DNA of 64,000 nucleotides, taken from the NCBI RefSeq assembly GCF_009914755.1, contig NC_060936.1, one strand, 5' to 3'. A program made the translations under genes and the position numbers. Below, piece after piece: positions 42,401 through 57,479 of the stretch. This stretch comes from the human T2T-CHM13v2.0 reference genome, Homo sapiens. Below the pieces are notes generated by a model, which was not told the origin of the DNA, ran no database searches, and saw only the letters and a list, made by a program, of their open reading frames with translations. The first letter of the stretch is position 1; each line of letters begins with the position of its first letter.

Positions 42401-43294
42401 GTAATAGAAGGTATGGTGGATGGAGGTAGAAACACATTTGTAAGTTTCTATTTCCTTCATGTGCAAATAATTACTCACATGTAAGGAATTTCAAACCATT
42501 ATATGAACTTCATTGTAATGCCAATTCTTGCCTAACATGAATTGATACCATTTGTAATACCATTGTGAACTAAAAAAAAGATTCTTATTAATAAGAAGGT
42601 CATACTATTAAATTACTTTTATTTTCATATGGTGGCTTAGAATCATCTATGATTAACTAAGAAACACTTTCCAAGATTAGATAATAAAAAATTGATACGA
42701 AAAATCTATAATAGCTCAAAATATATTACGGAAATTTTCAAATGTCATGTTGGGATCTATTTCAAGAAGTTATTCACCAGGCTGTATTATGATTAGATCA
42801 TCATTATCATATTCCAGTTTATAGAATGTATACACGATTTTTAAAAATCTAATACATTTTACCTGGGAACTCTGATGTGGCATTTTGAGAGTAAGGTGAT
42901 AGCTTTTTTGTATTTGAATATAATTTTGAGACTAATGGAAAAATTGTTGAGAAAAAGAGCATTTTCTGCTTGTGTACATCACCATTTGTTTGGCAGGTAA
43001 AAGAAAGATTAAGTTATGATCTTTGAAGATTTTGCTCTGGAGGGTTTTAAGTTTAGACTTCACATTACAACAATTGATTTAATCTATTATGTCACATTTT
43101 TATTCATCAATATAAATGATGTACAATTTAACTTCACCATCATATAATATTGTTAAATGTTATTTACTAATGGAGCCAATGTCCCTTGTTATTTTACTCC
43201 TTTTTAGAACATTTATTTTCTTCCAACTACAAGAAAGGTAACTGCATGTGAACCTGGAATACGCTTTATAATTTCCCTGCTATTACACAAACCA

Positions 43295-44335
43295 AACTTG
43301 ACAAGTAGGACTTAAATAAACTAAAGAGCTCTGCACAGAAAAAAAAAAAAAAACTCAGCAGAGTAAACAGATAACCTACGGAATGGGAGAAAATATCCAC
43401 AAACTATGCATCTGACAGAGATCTAATATCCAGAATCTATAAGGAACTTAGTTCAACAAACAAAAAACAACCCCACTAAACATGGGCAAAGGACATGAAC
43501 AGATACTTCCTAAAAGAAGACATTTATATGGCCAACAAATACATGAAAAAAAACATCATCAGTAATTATTAGAGAAATGCAAATGAAAACTACAATGAGA
43601 TATCATATACCAGTCAGAATGGCTACTAACAAAAAGTTTAAAAAATAGCAAATGCCTGTGAGGTTGCAGAGGAAAGGGAACACACACACTGCTGGTGGGA
43701 GTGTAAATTAGTTTGGTCACTGTGGAAAGCAATGTGGAGATTCCTCAAAAAAAACTTAGAACTACCATTCTACCCAGGAATCCCATTGCTGAGTATATAT
43801 CCAAAGGAAAATACATCATTCTAACAAAAAGACACATGTGCTGATATGTTTGCTGCTGCACTATGCACAATAGCAAAGACATGGAATCAACCTAGATGCC
43901 CATCAACGGTGAACTGGATACAGAAAACTTGGCACATATACACCATGAAATACTATGCAGCCATAAAAAGCAATGAAATTATGTCTTTCGCAGTGACATG
44001 GATACAGCTGAAGGCCCTTATTTTAAGTGAACTAACACAGGAACAGAAAACCAAATACTGTTATCTTCTCACTCATACGTGGGAGCTAAACACTGAATAC
44101 ACATAGACACCAAGATGGAAACAACAGACACTGGGAACTACTTGAGTGGGGAGGGTGGAACAAGGCATGGGTTGAAAAACCACCTATCAGGTACTATGCT
44201 CACTACTGGGGTGACAGGATTATTCATGTGCCTCAGAGACACACAATCTCAGAGACACACAATTTACCCACATGAAAAATCTGCACACCTACCCCAAACT
44301 TAAAATAAATGTCAAAAGAAAAAAAATAAGAAAAT
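43295..44335 (+). mobile_element. 5'-truncated L1 (L1PB/old L1PA), ORF2 C-terminus and 3'UTR
   Basis: ORF MFAAALCTIAKTWNQPRCPSTVNWIQKTWHIYTMKYYAAIK matches the L1 ORF2 C-terminus; A-rich tail. Confidence 0.93.
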
Positions 44336-44734
44336 ATAGATGATCTAGGAAAAGGTTTTGCTTAAAAGCTAATTGGTATGAAATGTTTAATATAAACATT
44401 ACCCAAATGACAAGAATTTGTGAGAACATTTAGCTTGCAAAGAGCAAATTAAGTTATGAAAACTACAACACAAATGTTATCTTGCTGCTTCACTTTTTAC
44501 CATGTCTTATGAAACCTTTTCAAAGGACTTTAAAATAAACATGTTAGAAATAAAAAAAGAGAGAAAACCAAACTTTACCCTTGGTAAAATTTATTAATTT
44601 AACATTTATTAATGTTAAAGCTTATCTTAATAAAACCTTATTGTAAAATATCCTTGCTTTTGATTCAGCTTGAATCTTTGATATTTTTCCCATTGGTTTG
44701 CCTTCTTTATTGTCTTTGTACATAGCAACCTGAC

Positions 44735-44909
44735 AATATCTACCACAGATATATAAATTGCAGGTCCATTGATTGCAGCTATCCTTTTTATACCACATTT
44801 TAGGGACCATATTATTTTAACAATAAATATTCTAACCTTAAATATCTATCACAGATATATAAATTACAGGTCCATTGATTGTAGCTATCCCTTTTATACC
44901 GCATTTTAG
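44735..44909. repeat. 69-bp direct duplication (44735-44803 and 44841-44909)
   Basis: aatatctaycacagatatataaattrcaggtccattgattgyagctatccyttttataccrcattttag occurs twice, with about 5 transitions. Confidence 0.93.
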
Positions 44910-46322
44910 CAATAAATTATCATCAAGGAATTCAAGCGAAGTGATCTCTGCCCCTGACTAGCAATAATAGTTGTAATAGTTGTAATCACAATATTTAAGC
45001 ACCAGTACTGACAGTTTGCCCTAATGTGTCATCATGTAATTCATTCTTCAAAATAAACAATGCTTCAAATTAGAGGTATTGCTTTGGTATAGGAATCTAT
45101 ATTACCTTTTGTAAATAAAAAAAATATTTTTAAACCCATACTCACATAAAGTTCAGCTATCTTCGTTTTGTATTATATTCTATCATTTCACATTCAAATT
45201 ATCTTGATATCAAAAAGTCCTGCTGTTTTGCCTTTCCCCACTAGAATAGGGAACTAACAATAGAAATGTTCAATGATAAAACCATGGTTACATTAGAAGA
45301 AGTTTTTTATGCGTTAGTCAGAGATTCTATTAATTTGTGTTATGTCCTTCGTTCAAAGCATATTCCAGTATTTTAAAGGAGCCGCTAATCTTGGGGTAGA
45401 AATAATAAGTGAGAGGGTTTCAGAATATCAACTACTTATATTAAACAATATTGGAGCTTCCTAAGTAAAATAGAAATAAATAAAATATACTCTTTCATTT
45501 AACACATGTAAAATAGTAGCTTCCCAAGTAAAACTTATCACTTCAGTCTGATAGCACAAAAGAAAAACATTTCTCACAAATACAGAGAAATCTTTCTTCA
45601 TATTCATAAGAAAATAAACAGTTTAAAAATACCAAAACCTTATATTTTCTAAACATAAAGCACATTTAGTAATTTTATTTGATGATATAAGTTTCAGACT
45701 TTTGACATTGCTCATTAGCTACAAGGAAGAGTTATATTATTTATGTACGAAATTCAACTAAAAATAGTTGTAAATGTATATACTATTTTAGTTATATGTA
45801 TATAAATAAATGAATTGAAATTTAATGAGATATAGATAGGTATATTCATATGCATAATAGAAGATAGATACATAGAAATAGATATGGACACATATTTTAT
45901 TTTGAAGGTAATGTATTGGATTTTAAAAAACAATGGCTTAATGTGTAGCGTTCCTTGACATCAGAGAGAATTGTGTAGATAGGCCTGTTTTACAGGAAAT
46001 GAAAATCATCTGCCCACTCTAACCTTAGTGGCCCAGCAGGGAGTGGGGAGAGCAGAGAACCCTAGCTCATCTTCCTCTTCCACTCAACAAGAGGGCAGAG
46101 GTCAAGAAAACTTATGGGTCCAGAGGTCAAGAAATCTTATTTACAAGTCTAGGTAGCACAAAACTTGGTGGAGAGAGACGGGAGTGGATCTGGAGAGGCA
46201 AACTGACATCAAAAAATTCTCCTTATACCACATCTTTTTAAAAACTTGAAGAATATTAATTATATTTTAAAACCTTAATTTTTAAAGTAGTTTCTTATGA
46301 ATGGTCATTAACTTGTTTTTGG

Positions 46323-46863
46323 TGTTAACAAAGGTCCATGAGATCTGTGGAAGGAAAAGGGAGAGCTTTATTTTCCATTAAAAAAAAATCTGCAGACTGG
46401 GGAGACAGAGCCTTCAGCACAAGTGAAAATGTAAATGAACAAAGAAAGGATCTGGCTTAAATAGGAAAAGTTCTCACCTAAGTACTTTACCAGGTTCATT
46501 TATGCAAATGAAGGATTCAAACCTTTCAATTCTGATTGGTCAAAATAGTTAAGCCCTAATTGAGTTGTTTCTAAGCCCCAAACCAGAAGTTTCTGTCAGG
46601 TACTTATTTCAAATGGTCAGTGAGGTGTGTTTCTGGCCTGAGTTTATCTTGTCTCTGGTTACAAGAACTCTTCTGACTCTGCAAGGTAAAGCAGAATGTT
46701 TGTCAAGAGCCGCTTTTGCTAGGAACCCAAGTATATGCCAGGACTCTATCTCTTCCTGCTCTGCTACCTGTTTATGCTTTTAAATTTAGAGCATCTTTAT
46801 TAGCCACAGGGAGTCTCTCTGATCTGGGGAGGTTTGGGTCTTATTTTACAGTTTTATTTCACA
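46323..46863 (-). mobile_element. Solo LTR (probably ERV1 class)
   Basis: TG...CA ends. Minus-strand order is CCAAT (~46535), octamer (46502-46509), TATTTAA (~46457) and AATAAA (~46367). Flanks ttgg/ttag are TSD-like. Confidence 0.7.
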
Positions 46864-46953
46864 TTAGTTTGACTATTGTAAGTACTGGCTACCTGTATGC
46901 ATCTGTTCTTCCTCACTTGTCTATGTAATAGATTTCTACAAGCAGGATTTCTA

Positions 46954-48640
<1,687 letters not shown>

Positions 48641-50132
48641 TGGATTTTTGACTTTGGTTATTATTTTATAGAGATTTGCTCATTTTGATGTTGATTTCCT
48701 CTCTGAACCAACAGATCTCAACCCCCTATGTTGTTGATTTTATACTTTACATGATTCTATTTATATTTTTATATATTTTATTACATATTAAAAATATATG
48801 CATATAAATATTCACACACACTCTGGTTGGAGTACAGATTTTGTACAATTATTTCTGTTTTTTTAAAAGTTTTTGAAAACTTTTCACAACTCAGTTATAG
48901 GCATTGTATATTTCACTTCCTGCAGTGAAATATGTGGGAAATCAGCAATGTAGACTCTGGAATCAAGCTTATCAAGGCATATTTTGAAGCTAGTACTTTG
49001 AAGAGATTTCCAAATATCATAGAGCTCTCTGAGCTTCATCCTTCTCCCCAAATTCTGTCTTTTCTACTCCAGTTCTTTGTTGTACTCTCAAATTTTCTTT
49101 ATAGGTGGAGTTCTTTCCTGAAACTCTAACCACATGGCTGGTATCCAGACACTTTGTCTAGTATTTTCAGTTCTATTCTCCTAGAGTGGCTCCTGATCCC
49201 TGACACCAGCAGCTCTTTGTGCTGCAGGGAATTAGATGGCCCTAGGAGCCACAAAATGACCCTTGCCTGGTGTGTAAAGATTGCTATGGACCAGAAATTC
49301 CTGTTGACAAGCTCTGCCCTTTGGAAGCCATCACCATTCCCAGTCACTTTCGGTTCACAAGCACCCTTCATTCCTCATCTCCTCTTAGGATAGATGTTCT
49401 CCTCTATACCAATTAATTTTCCTGTATACTCCACACTCGAGTTCATCTAAGATAGGACATTTCTCTTAATATAGTGTAGAATGGAAGAATTAATTATTCT
49501 GTAACACAAGTTATACTATCTTTCGAGTTACTTTTTTGCCTTTACCTTTATTGTGTGAAAAGTCAGCACTGACAAACAAAAATATGCTTTGAGAATATTT
49601 GTTTTGTTTCACTACAAAAGCAATTATTTAGCTCTGTGCTAAGTCACTGAGTCATTCTGTAATTAGGATTTTCAAAACCAAATTAAATGTTTTTGAACCA
49701 AAAAAGGATCAGCTACAATTCATATGTTACATAGCACCTAGTCTATTATAAGGATAATAAAACCATCACGTTGGTTAATTAGCATTTTTATTAGAATATT
49801 CTACTTTAATTTTAAAGACATATTTGCTCACAAAAAGACTTTGGGGCTGGGATGTGTAGGTGTATCATTATAAAACTTTATGACAAATCAAAATAAAATT
49901 TTACAGTTTTATAAAACCCTTCTTTTATGTTTGCTCTCCTAATTGTCACAAGTTTTGATAAATAGAATCACTCTAGTGATCTAGAAAAATCAATAAAAAT
50001 ATATTTGCATAGGGCTTTACAGTTTACAAAGAGCTTGCTGCGCACATGGATAATTAGTATATGAGAAAAGGCCTAAAACAAAGAAAAATTATTCTCCTTT
50101 AGTTTTTGTCATTTTTTTGGAGTTATTTTTAG

Positions 50133-50175
50133 TAATTAAACTGAAATAACACATTAAAATATTTCAGTTTAATTA
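50133..50175. repeat. Perfect 16-bp inverted repeat with 11-nt spacer
   Basis: TAATTAAACTGAAATA (50133-50148) and TATTTCAGTTTAATTA (50160-50175). Confidence 0.95.
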
Positions 50176-50591
50176 AAAGACATGTATAAATTCAAAAGCC
50201 ATCTTTATTCTTAATATGTGTGCAGATATAGTATCTTTCACGTCCGTTATTTCACTGCATTAGAAAAATATTAGTTTCTGTGCACAATGTTTTTCACAAC
50301 TATGAAGTGAACCATATTTTATGGTTATATCTATATAAGTATAAACATAAGTTAAATTATTGTGATTCTATCTAAAGGGAAGTAAACTCTTTCATTAAAA
50401 ATGTTTGGACATATTAGGTAAATAATGCCTTTAAATAGAATGTATCACCAATAGTCATGGAGAATCGGATGGCTAGTCTATGAAATTTTTTCTCTTGTTA
50501 ATGTACTGAAAGTTGTATCTCATTCAGTTTCACTTGAAGAAAAGACATGGACTAGTGTTTGTATTGTTACACAATGAGAAAGTCACAATTC

Positions 50592-50742
50592 TTTTTTTTT
50601 TTTTTTTTTTTAAGACAGGGTCTGTCTCCATCACCCAGGCTGGAGTGCAGTGGCTCAATCAGCTCACTGCAACCTTGGCTTCCCAGGTTCAAGCAATTCT
50701 CCTGCCCCAGCACAGGCAGGCATTTGCCACCATGCCTGTCTA
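50592..50742 (-). mobile_element. Truncated Alu monomer (right arm)
   Basis: Poly(T) followed by agacagggtct...cccaggctggagtgcagtgg, with an internal deletion. Confidence 0.85.
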
Positions 50743-51499
50743 ATATGTCACATTTCTAAAATGGAATATAGAGGATTTTTTTGTTTTTACGTTTTCACTA
50801 GAGTCATCACATTATGTACCTTAATAATAAAGAAACCTTGCCTTTATCTGCTGTGGCATATAAACATATTGACTTCAGTAGTAGGCATAAGTAATGGACA
50901 GACAGAATGACACAGTCAACTGTAGACAATAAAATAAACCTTTGTGGAGTTACACTGCTGTATAAAAGATGAAGTAATGACAGAATGAAATTAAAGTTTT
51001 TAAACAGATTATTTTTTCATTTCATATCTATATATCCAGTTTTATGGGTTTTCAAATATAAAACAAATTCAAGCTAAATTGACTTTCAAAAGTTCTCATT
51101 CAGAAACTGTAAAAATTGTTAGAATATTAGATTCTATAAAAATACTTGGGTGCAAATTTTATAGAGATTCAGAATTATAAATGAAAGCTTATTATTTTGT
51201 GCCAGAATTGTATTTATCTGAACACTTTAATAACATCTTGGTTACAGGTTCCATGAATATTTTGCATCTCCAACAATGATCACTTAAATTCCACTTGAAA
51301 ATTCTAACCTAATTATAGCAGCATTTCATAAAACTTAAAACCCATTACTACGATGATCAACTTTTCATTTATTTAATGCATTTTGTAATGAAATTCCCTT
51401 CAAATTACTGAAGGTTTGCCTTCATAACTTATTATTTTATCCCCTCTTAATAAGTTTTCTTTTCTGTTGTTTCTCATTCACTTTAGCTTGCTTCACACA

Positions 51500-52010
51500 T
51501 GTATAAATGTATTCTTTACAGAGTATTTACAATTGAGTATCACATCAGCTTCACATATATGCCGGTTCTCTGGAGCTCTTTTCCTGTTTTGTTGATTTTT
51601 CTCAACCTCTATTTTTATTATCAACCTCTCCTCTTCTTTTGACTCATTATTACAAATATGTAAACGTACTCAAGTCTTATCCATCTTTTTAAGCCCCTCC
51701 TACCATCCATATAGTCTACCAATTACTACTCCATATCTTCCCATTTATAGCCAATCTTATTGATATACTACCTGTAATATCTACATTTCATTAGCTCCCT
51801 CTCATTCCATAATTCACATCAACACGTTCTAATCAAGCCCTTCCTTGAACTTCATGATGCTAAACCAAATGGGCACTTGACAGGCTTCCTCTAAACTAAG
51901 CTCCCAGAAACATTTGACACAGTTAATAAATACTGTTTCTCACAACTCTCTCTTCCTTTGGATTTCCTAAAACCATATTCTCTGACTTTACTGTTACACA
52001 GAGTGCCGAT
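51500..52010 (+). mobile_element. L2 fragment
   Basis: gctaaaccaaatgggcactt...catttgacacagttaat resembles the L2 RT region. Confidence 0.6.
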
Positions 52011-53087
52011 ATTTCTTGGGTTTTTTTTTTAAAGAGAGTCTTGGATTATGCTTACTGATACGGTGTCATATCCAGTTTTATATTTGTTCATGATTTTTCA
52101 TTTTGAAGTAAAAGGTAACCGTTAACTCTTACATTAAATATGACAAGATTTACTTGGTAAATTGGTACTTTAAAATTTCCAGATTCTGCTATGATCTTGC
52201 TCGACATATGAAAAATGGGTACATTAGACAGCATTCACATTTTAATAATATGTTACGCATTATTATGATATTGTCATATTAAAATATTCTTGAACATCGT
52301 CTCACGTAAACTTTAAAGTAAATTTACTTATTTGAACAGAACAAAAGATGGAGATTGCATGACTAGTCTCTAATTAATTATTTCTGTGCCCTCCCCAATA
52401 GGAAGCTTAAATTCTCAGAAAACATAGTATTAACTGAATGTTCAAAAATCATTGCTTTGGAATGTGCATGCTTTTAAGGGACTTAAAAATTGATTTTCAG
52501 AGCTTTTTATCTCTGAACTTTCTATCTATACTATATGTTTTGATGCTTTTACTTCGCTGACATCCTCTGCCACACATACACTAAAAGGCTATCCTACTAG
52601 TTAACTTGTTTGGGGCCTATTATGTTTTACCACTGATTTCTTATAATAGAAGAAGTGAAAAATCCACATTTGATTTACAATTATTTATCTCCTTGTCAGG
52701 ACTGCTGGGGGATAGAAACTGTGACTTGCAGGGCTCATATTTATTAGAGTTGATAATGAGCAGTTCACATTTGCTGACTTGGGCATATGACCTCGAACAC
52801 ACCATGTAAGGGTCACTTTTAATACCCAGATAATACTTTTTATTCTGAATGTTTGAGTTTAGAGTTCTGGAAACTCCAATCCCTTTCTGTGAAGACTTAT
52901 ATAACCATATTAATACTAAACTGATGCACTCAAGAGGCTGAACTGAGGACATATTTCCTGTTTTTTCTTATTGCCCGGAACCTTCAAGGCTCTATGTCAA
53001 ATACTTCATTTTGGTTCTTTAAACAAAATATTTCCAAAAGATAGAATTATTCTGACCACCTTTTTTGTATTCCCATCATTCATCTAA

Positions 53088-53423
<336 letters not shown>

Positions 53424-54459
53424 TAATACACAGAGATTGCAACTTTTGAGAAAATGAAATACATATTTAAAGTATATATTTGGAAATATAGGAAAGAGCC
53501 AATAGAAACTTACTGAAAATATGTATCACTGCACTTTGATAATTATAAAGTATTATGCAAATATAGAATAATACAGCTATTATTTTTACTCTGTTGGGCA
53601 TTAGAATATATATCTTTTCTATATCTGTGAATGTAGGAGGCCTTGAGTCGGGGGAGGGCTAGGGTGTTAGAAGGGAGCAAATCCTGAGGTTCTTTCTGTG
53701 GATATTATATATCCTTTGTGAAACAGCCTGGATAAAGCTGCGTATACCCTTTCTCAGCTCTGCAGCTAAGCTACAGGCTTCAATTGCCACAGCTTCTTTG
53801 GTCCTGTTTTATTAAATTCAACACTAGCACCAGGGTGTGAAGTGGCTAGGGAAATAATTTGGAAAGATTCTTATTCATAGCTCCAATTGGTTTTCTCTGG
53901 ATTAATAAGCAGCTCAATGCAATTTAATTTATTTCAAATCAATGATGCTACCTATCTATCTATGGAAAAACATTATGCTTATCTCTGTTTAGCATTTGGT
54001 GAGCGAATTACCTATTTGTGCTGCTTGCTCCCTTCAGTCCTTAAGTGCTTTTAATTCCAATGTGAACAGCATTATCTGTCTGTACAATTCCAGCTTGTTG
54101 TTAAATTTTTGCAATAGCTTTCTAACCTCCAATAGCCACTCCTGGTGTATTGCAGCAACTGCTGTTAAGGGGAACTGCCTAAGACAATGATTTCACTGTG
54201 GTGCTTTTGGCTGAGAAAAGGGCACTAGTTTATGAATGGTACTGAATCTTTCACTTGGCTTCTAAAATTCTCTAGCACTGATTATCCTGATTAATCATTT
54301 GGAAAAATTATATACTAATATATTGAATTATTTTCTTTGTTCCATATATCTCCCATTATATACCAAGCTACTTAAGGAAAGAGATTGTAGATTTTTCTTT
54401 TGATTTCTAGCTATCATTTAAATCATGCCTGCTATGTTCTAAGAACATTATCTCTAATT

Positions 54460-54630
54460 ACACAGCACCTTACGCTAAGTATTATTATCATTATCTTATA
54501 TAAGGGAAACTAAGTCACAGAGAAGTACATGACTTGTCTAATTCCACTTTTCTGAGTAAGTGGCAAAGCCAGGATTCAAACCCTTGGCTACAAAGCCCTC
54601 TACCCCCACAGCACAACATACTGCCTCCTA
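54460..54630 (-). mobile_element. MIR
   Basis: gggaaactaagtcacagagaagtacatgacttgtc...agtaagtggcaaagccaggattcaaaccc. Confidence 0.8.
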
Positions 54631-55277
54631 GTAATCTGTATTAGTGTTGACGATATTTGATGTCAAAATAAACATTATCAACAAGAGGATGAAAGAAAAA
54701 CTACCGAGTTTGCTGCTGCTTTCTCTGTTTGCTTTATTTGCTTGATTATTAGAGCAAGGTAGGAGAAGCAAAGACAAGAATCGAGACAGATGGCAGGAAA
54801 AACATTCAGCAGAACTGTGCACACTGCATATTGCTCTTATGTGACACATTTCCCATAATTCAGTAAAATATACAGAACAAGTATTAATAATAATAAGCTT
54901 GCTGAACTTACACACCAATTTATAAGGAAATTGAGGAGAAATAAGAACAAAGATAATTGTCACCTAATCATTGTCTCCAGGCTAATGGAAGAAGTAAAAA
55001 AATCTTGAAGCCATCTTCCTTGAATGCAGAATAACTTTTCCAACAGGAGATACCAATGCTTATCAGGAATTTTAGGTTGTGGTTTTCTTTTTTTTTTTTT
55101 CCATAGACACATGGAAGGCAGCATGTATAAAGAATTTCCCTGAAGTCCTCGGTTCATACTGTATAATAGAGGTGCTCAAAACACATTTCCTACATGTTTA
55201 TAGAGCATTGTGCCTGATTTCCTGTGTAATCCATTAGGAAAAAAAAAATCCTTAATCCCACTTGCAATAGGGTAGAA

Positions 55278-55617
55278 TTTTCTTTTTCTTTTCTTTTTTT
55301 TTTTTTTGAGAGGGAGTCTTGCTGTGTCGCCCAGGCTGGAATGCAGTGACTCCATCCTGGGAGTCACTGACAGCATCTCAGCTCACTGCAACCACCGCCT
55401 TCCAGATTCAAGCAATTTTCCTGCCTCAGCCTCCTGAGTAGCTGGGATTACAGGCATGCGCCACCATGCCTGGCTAATTTTTTTGGTTTTTGTATTTTTA
55501 GTAGAGACGGGGTTTCACAATGCTGGACAGGCTGTTCTTGAACTCCTGACCTCATGATCCACCCACCTCGGCCTCCCAAAGTGCTGGGATTACAGGCGTG
55601 AGCCACCGTGCCTGTCC
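55278..55617 (-). mobile_element. Alu (AluSg-like) with an internal hairpin insertion
   Basis: Antisense Alu with about 20 extra nt at 55349-55372. Confidence 0.95.
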
Positions 55618-56071
55618 TCTTTTTCTTTTTCCTGCTGGAACGTGGTAGACAAAAATTCCTCTATTTAAAAAATAACTCCTTTATTATTCAACTTCTATAC
55701 TACCTAATCAGCCCTTGACAGCCAGCCAAAGGCAAAAATTAATTTTTTGGTTAGAAGATCCCACACAGAATAAGTTATCTGTCATTTTACAAAATGTCTG
55801 AGTTAACAACATCTAAAGTTCTTGATTTTGAAAACCTTTGTTGAAAGTCTAAACAAAGTATTACATCAGCACTCTACTTTTGACACTCAAAATCTCTGTG
55901 TCAATCATCTTACCCCTTCTCCACCTGCAGGGGCATTGGCACTCTTTCTAATTAGATTAGTTCTCACCCATGATAATAACAACGTGGACAACCTTTGTGA
56001 ATGTAAATGTTACGTGAATTTTGCATGCAGTCAAAATTGTAGAAGTCTTGAAATTCTTTTTATAGAAATTT

Positions 56072-56149
56072 TATTCTAATGTCTTTCTTTTGTCAGGGCA
56101 GGATTGGTTTTATTCTAAGGTCTTTCTTTTGTCAGGGCAGGATTGGTTT
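56072..56149. repeat. 39-bp tandem duplication
   Basis: TATTCTAAKGTCTTTCTTTTGTCAGGGCAGGATTGGTTT x2, with one mismatch. Confidence 0.95.
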
Positions 56150-57479
56150 GTCAAGAATAGTAGTCTAGTGAATTTTATTACTTTCTAACACTACAGGAGA
56201 GAAAACAGAGAATGAAGCAGGAGAAGAAAATCTAGTGGTATACGGCAATAAATACAGTTTTTGAATGTGAGTAATATCACCAGTAGTATCCTTCTGAGGG
56301 TGCAGTATTCGTTTTTTTTTTCAGTAATACATGTCAACATTTAAGGCAGGCAATTATCAATATTACTATCAATTCTTACCAGTATTCATTTTTCTGGAAA
56401 CAATAAAAACTAGATTCCCCCAGCCAAATTATGTTAGTGAGAGGAAAAACCAAGGGCATGGCTAAAATATGTCAAATAAAACAAAACCTACTTTGTAAAC
56501 ACAAGATGGCAATTTACTCTCTCTATTATTAATGTAAATCTAAACAATAACATCAATTTGTTGTAGCAAAAAGAGAAAAATGACTAACCCAGTTTGGATA
56601 TATTCTGGCATAATTCTTACATGGCCACAATTTAGAGAATTATAGCATGTTGAAAATATGATATCACTTTATTTATTCTAATAAATATATTGCTGCAAGA
56701 CTATATCAACTTCTGAAATAAAAGGCACATAGAAAATTTAAATAAATGTTATTAAAGTGAGAAAAAACAGTTAAAATAATTGGGCTAACTTTTCGTTGTA
56801 AAGTATGATATCATAAAGAATAATAAATGATTTTTCTATAATTAACTGAAAATGCACTTGAAAATTGCACTGTGTAGATATGTTAGAATTGTGGATTTCA
56901 CAGATGTGATGGGGTCCTCATGATCACGTTTGTACTTACTTGTGCCCATCATGCATCATCTTCAGAAATTTTTGCACATTTTCCCCTAAATTAGATACAA
57001 TTCTAGGAAGCAACAGCTTGCAATGTAGACTTTATTGGGAGATTCACTGTAGCCATACAGCAGAAATTAATAAAAATCTAAGCACTTTCTGTTCCACCCT
57101 TTTCACCTAACTTTCTCTTTCCTACAGGCATCTCCAACATTTAAAGCTACAGCTTTTCAAACTCTAGAACCTGTCAGCCAGCCTTCATTGTTTCATGGTT
57201 TCTTTTTATAACATAATTCAGTTATCCATCGACCTCCAGAGTCTTGCAAATTTCCTCATTCTTATCAGCCAGCTCAGCAAATAAAGCATGTTCCTTATTG
57301 CGGCTTGAAACAGTAAATATTTTTATATTACAAATAAGCCATTTTAACTTACATATAAAATAATTATCTGAAAACAAAAATGTTTAAGCATTTGAACAGG
57401 AGAGAAAAATGAATTTATAGGACAGATTTATAGAAATTTATGGGCACAGATTGGTTAAACAAAAAATAAAAACAAAAAC

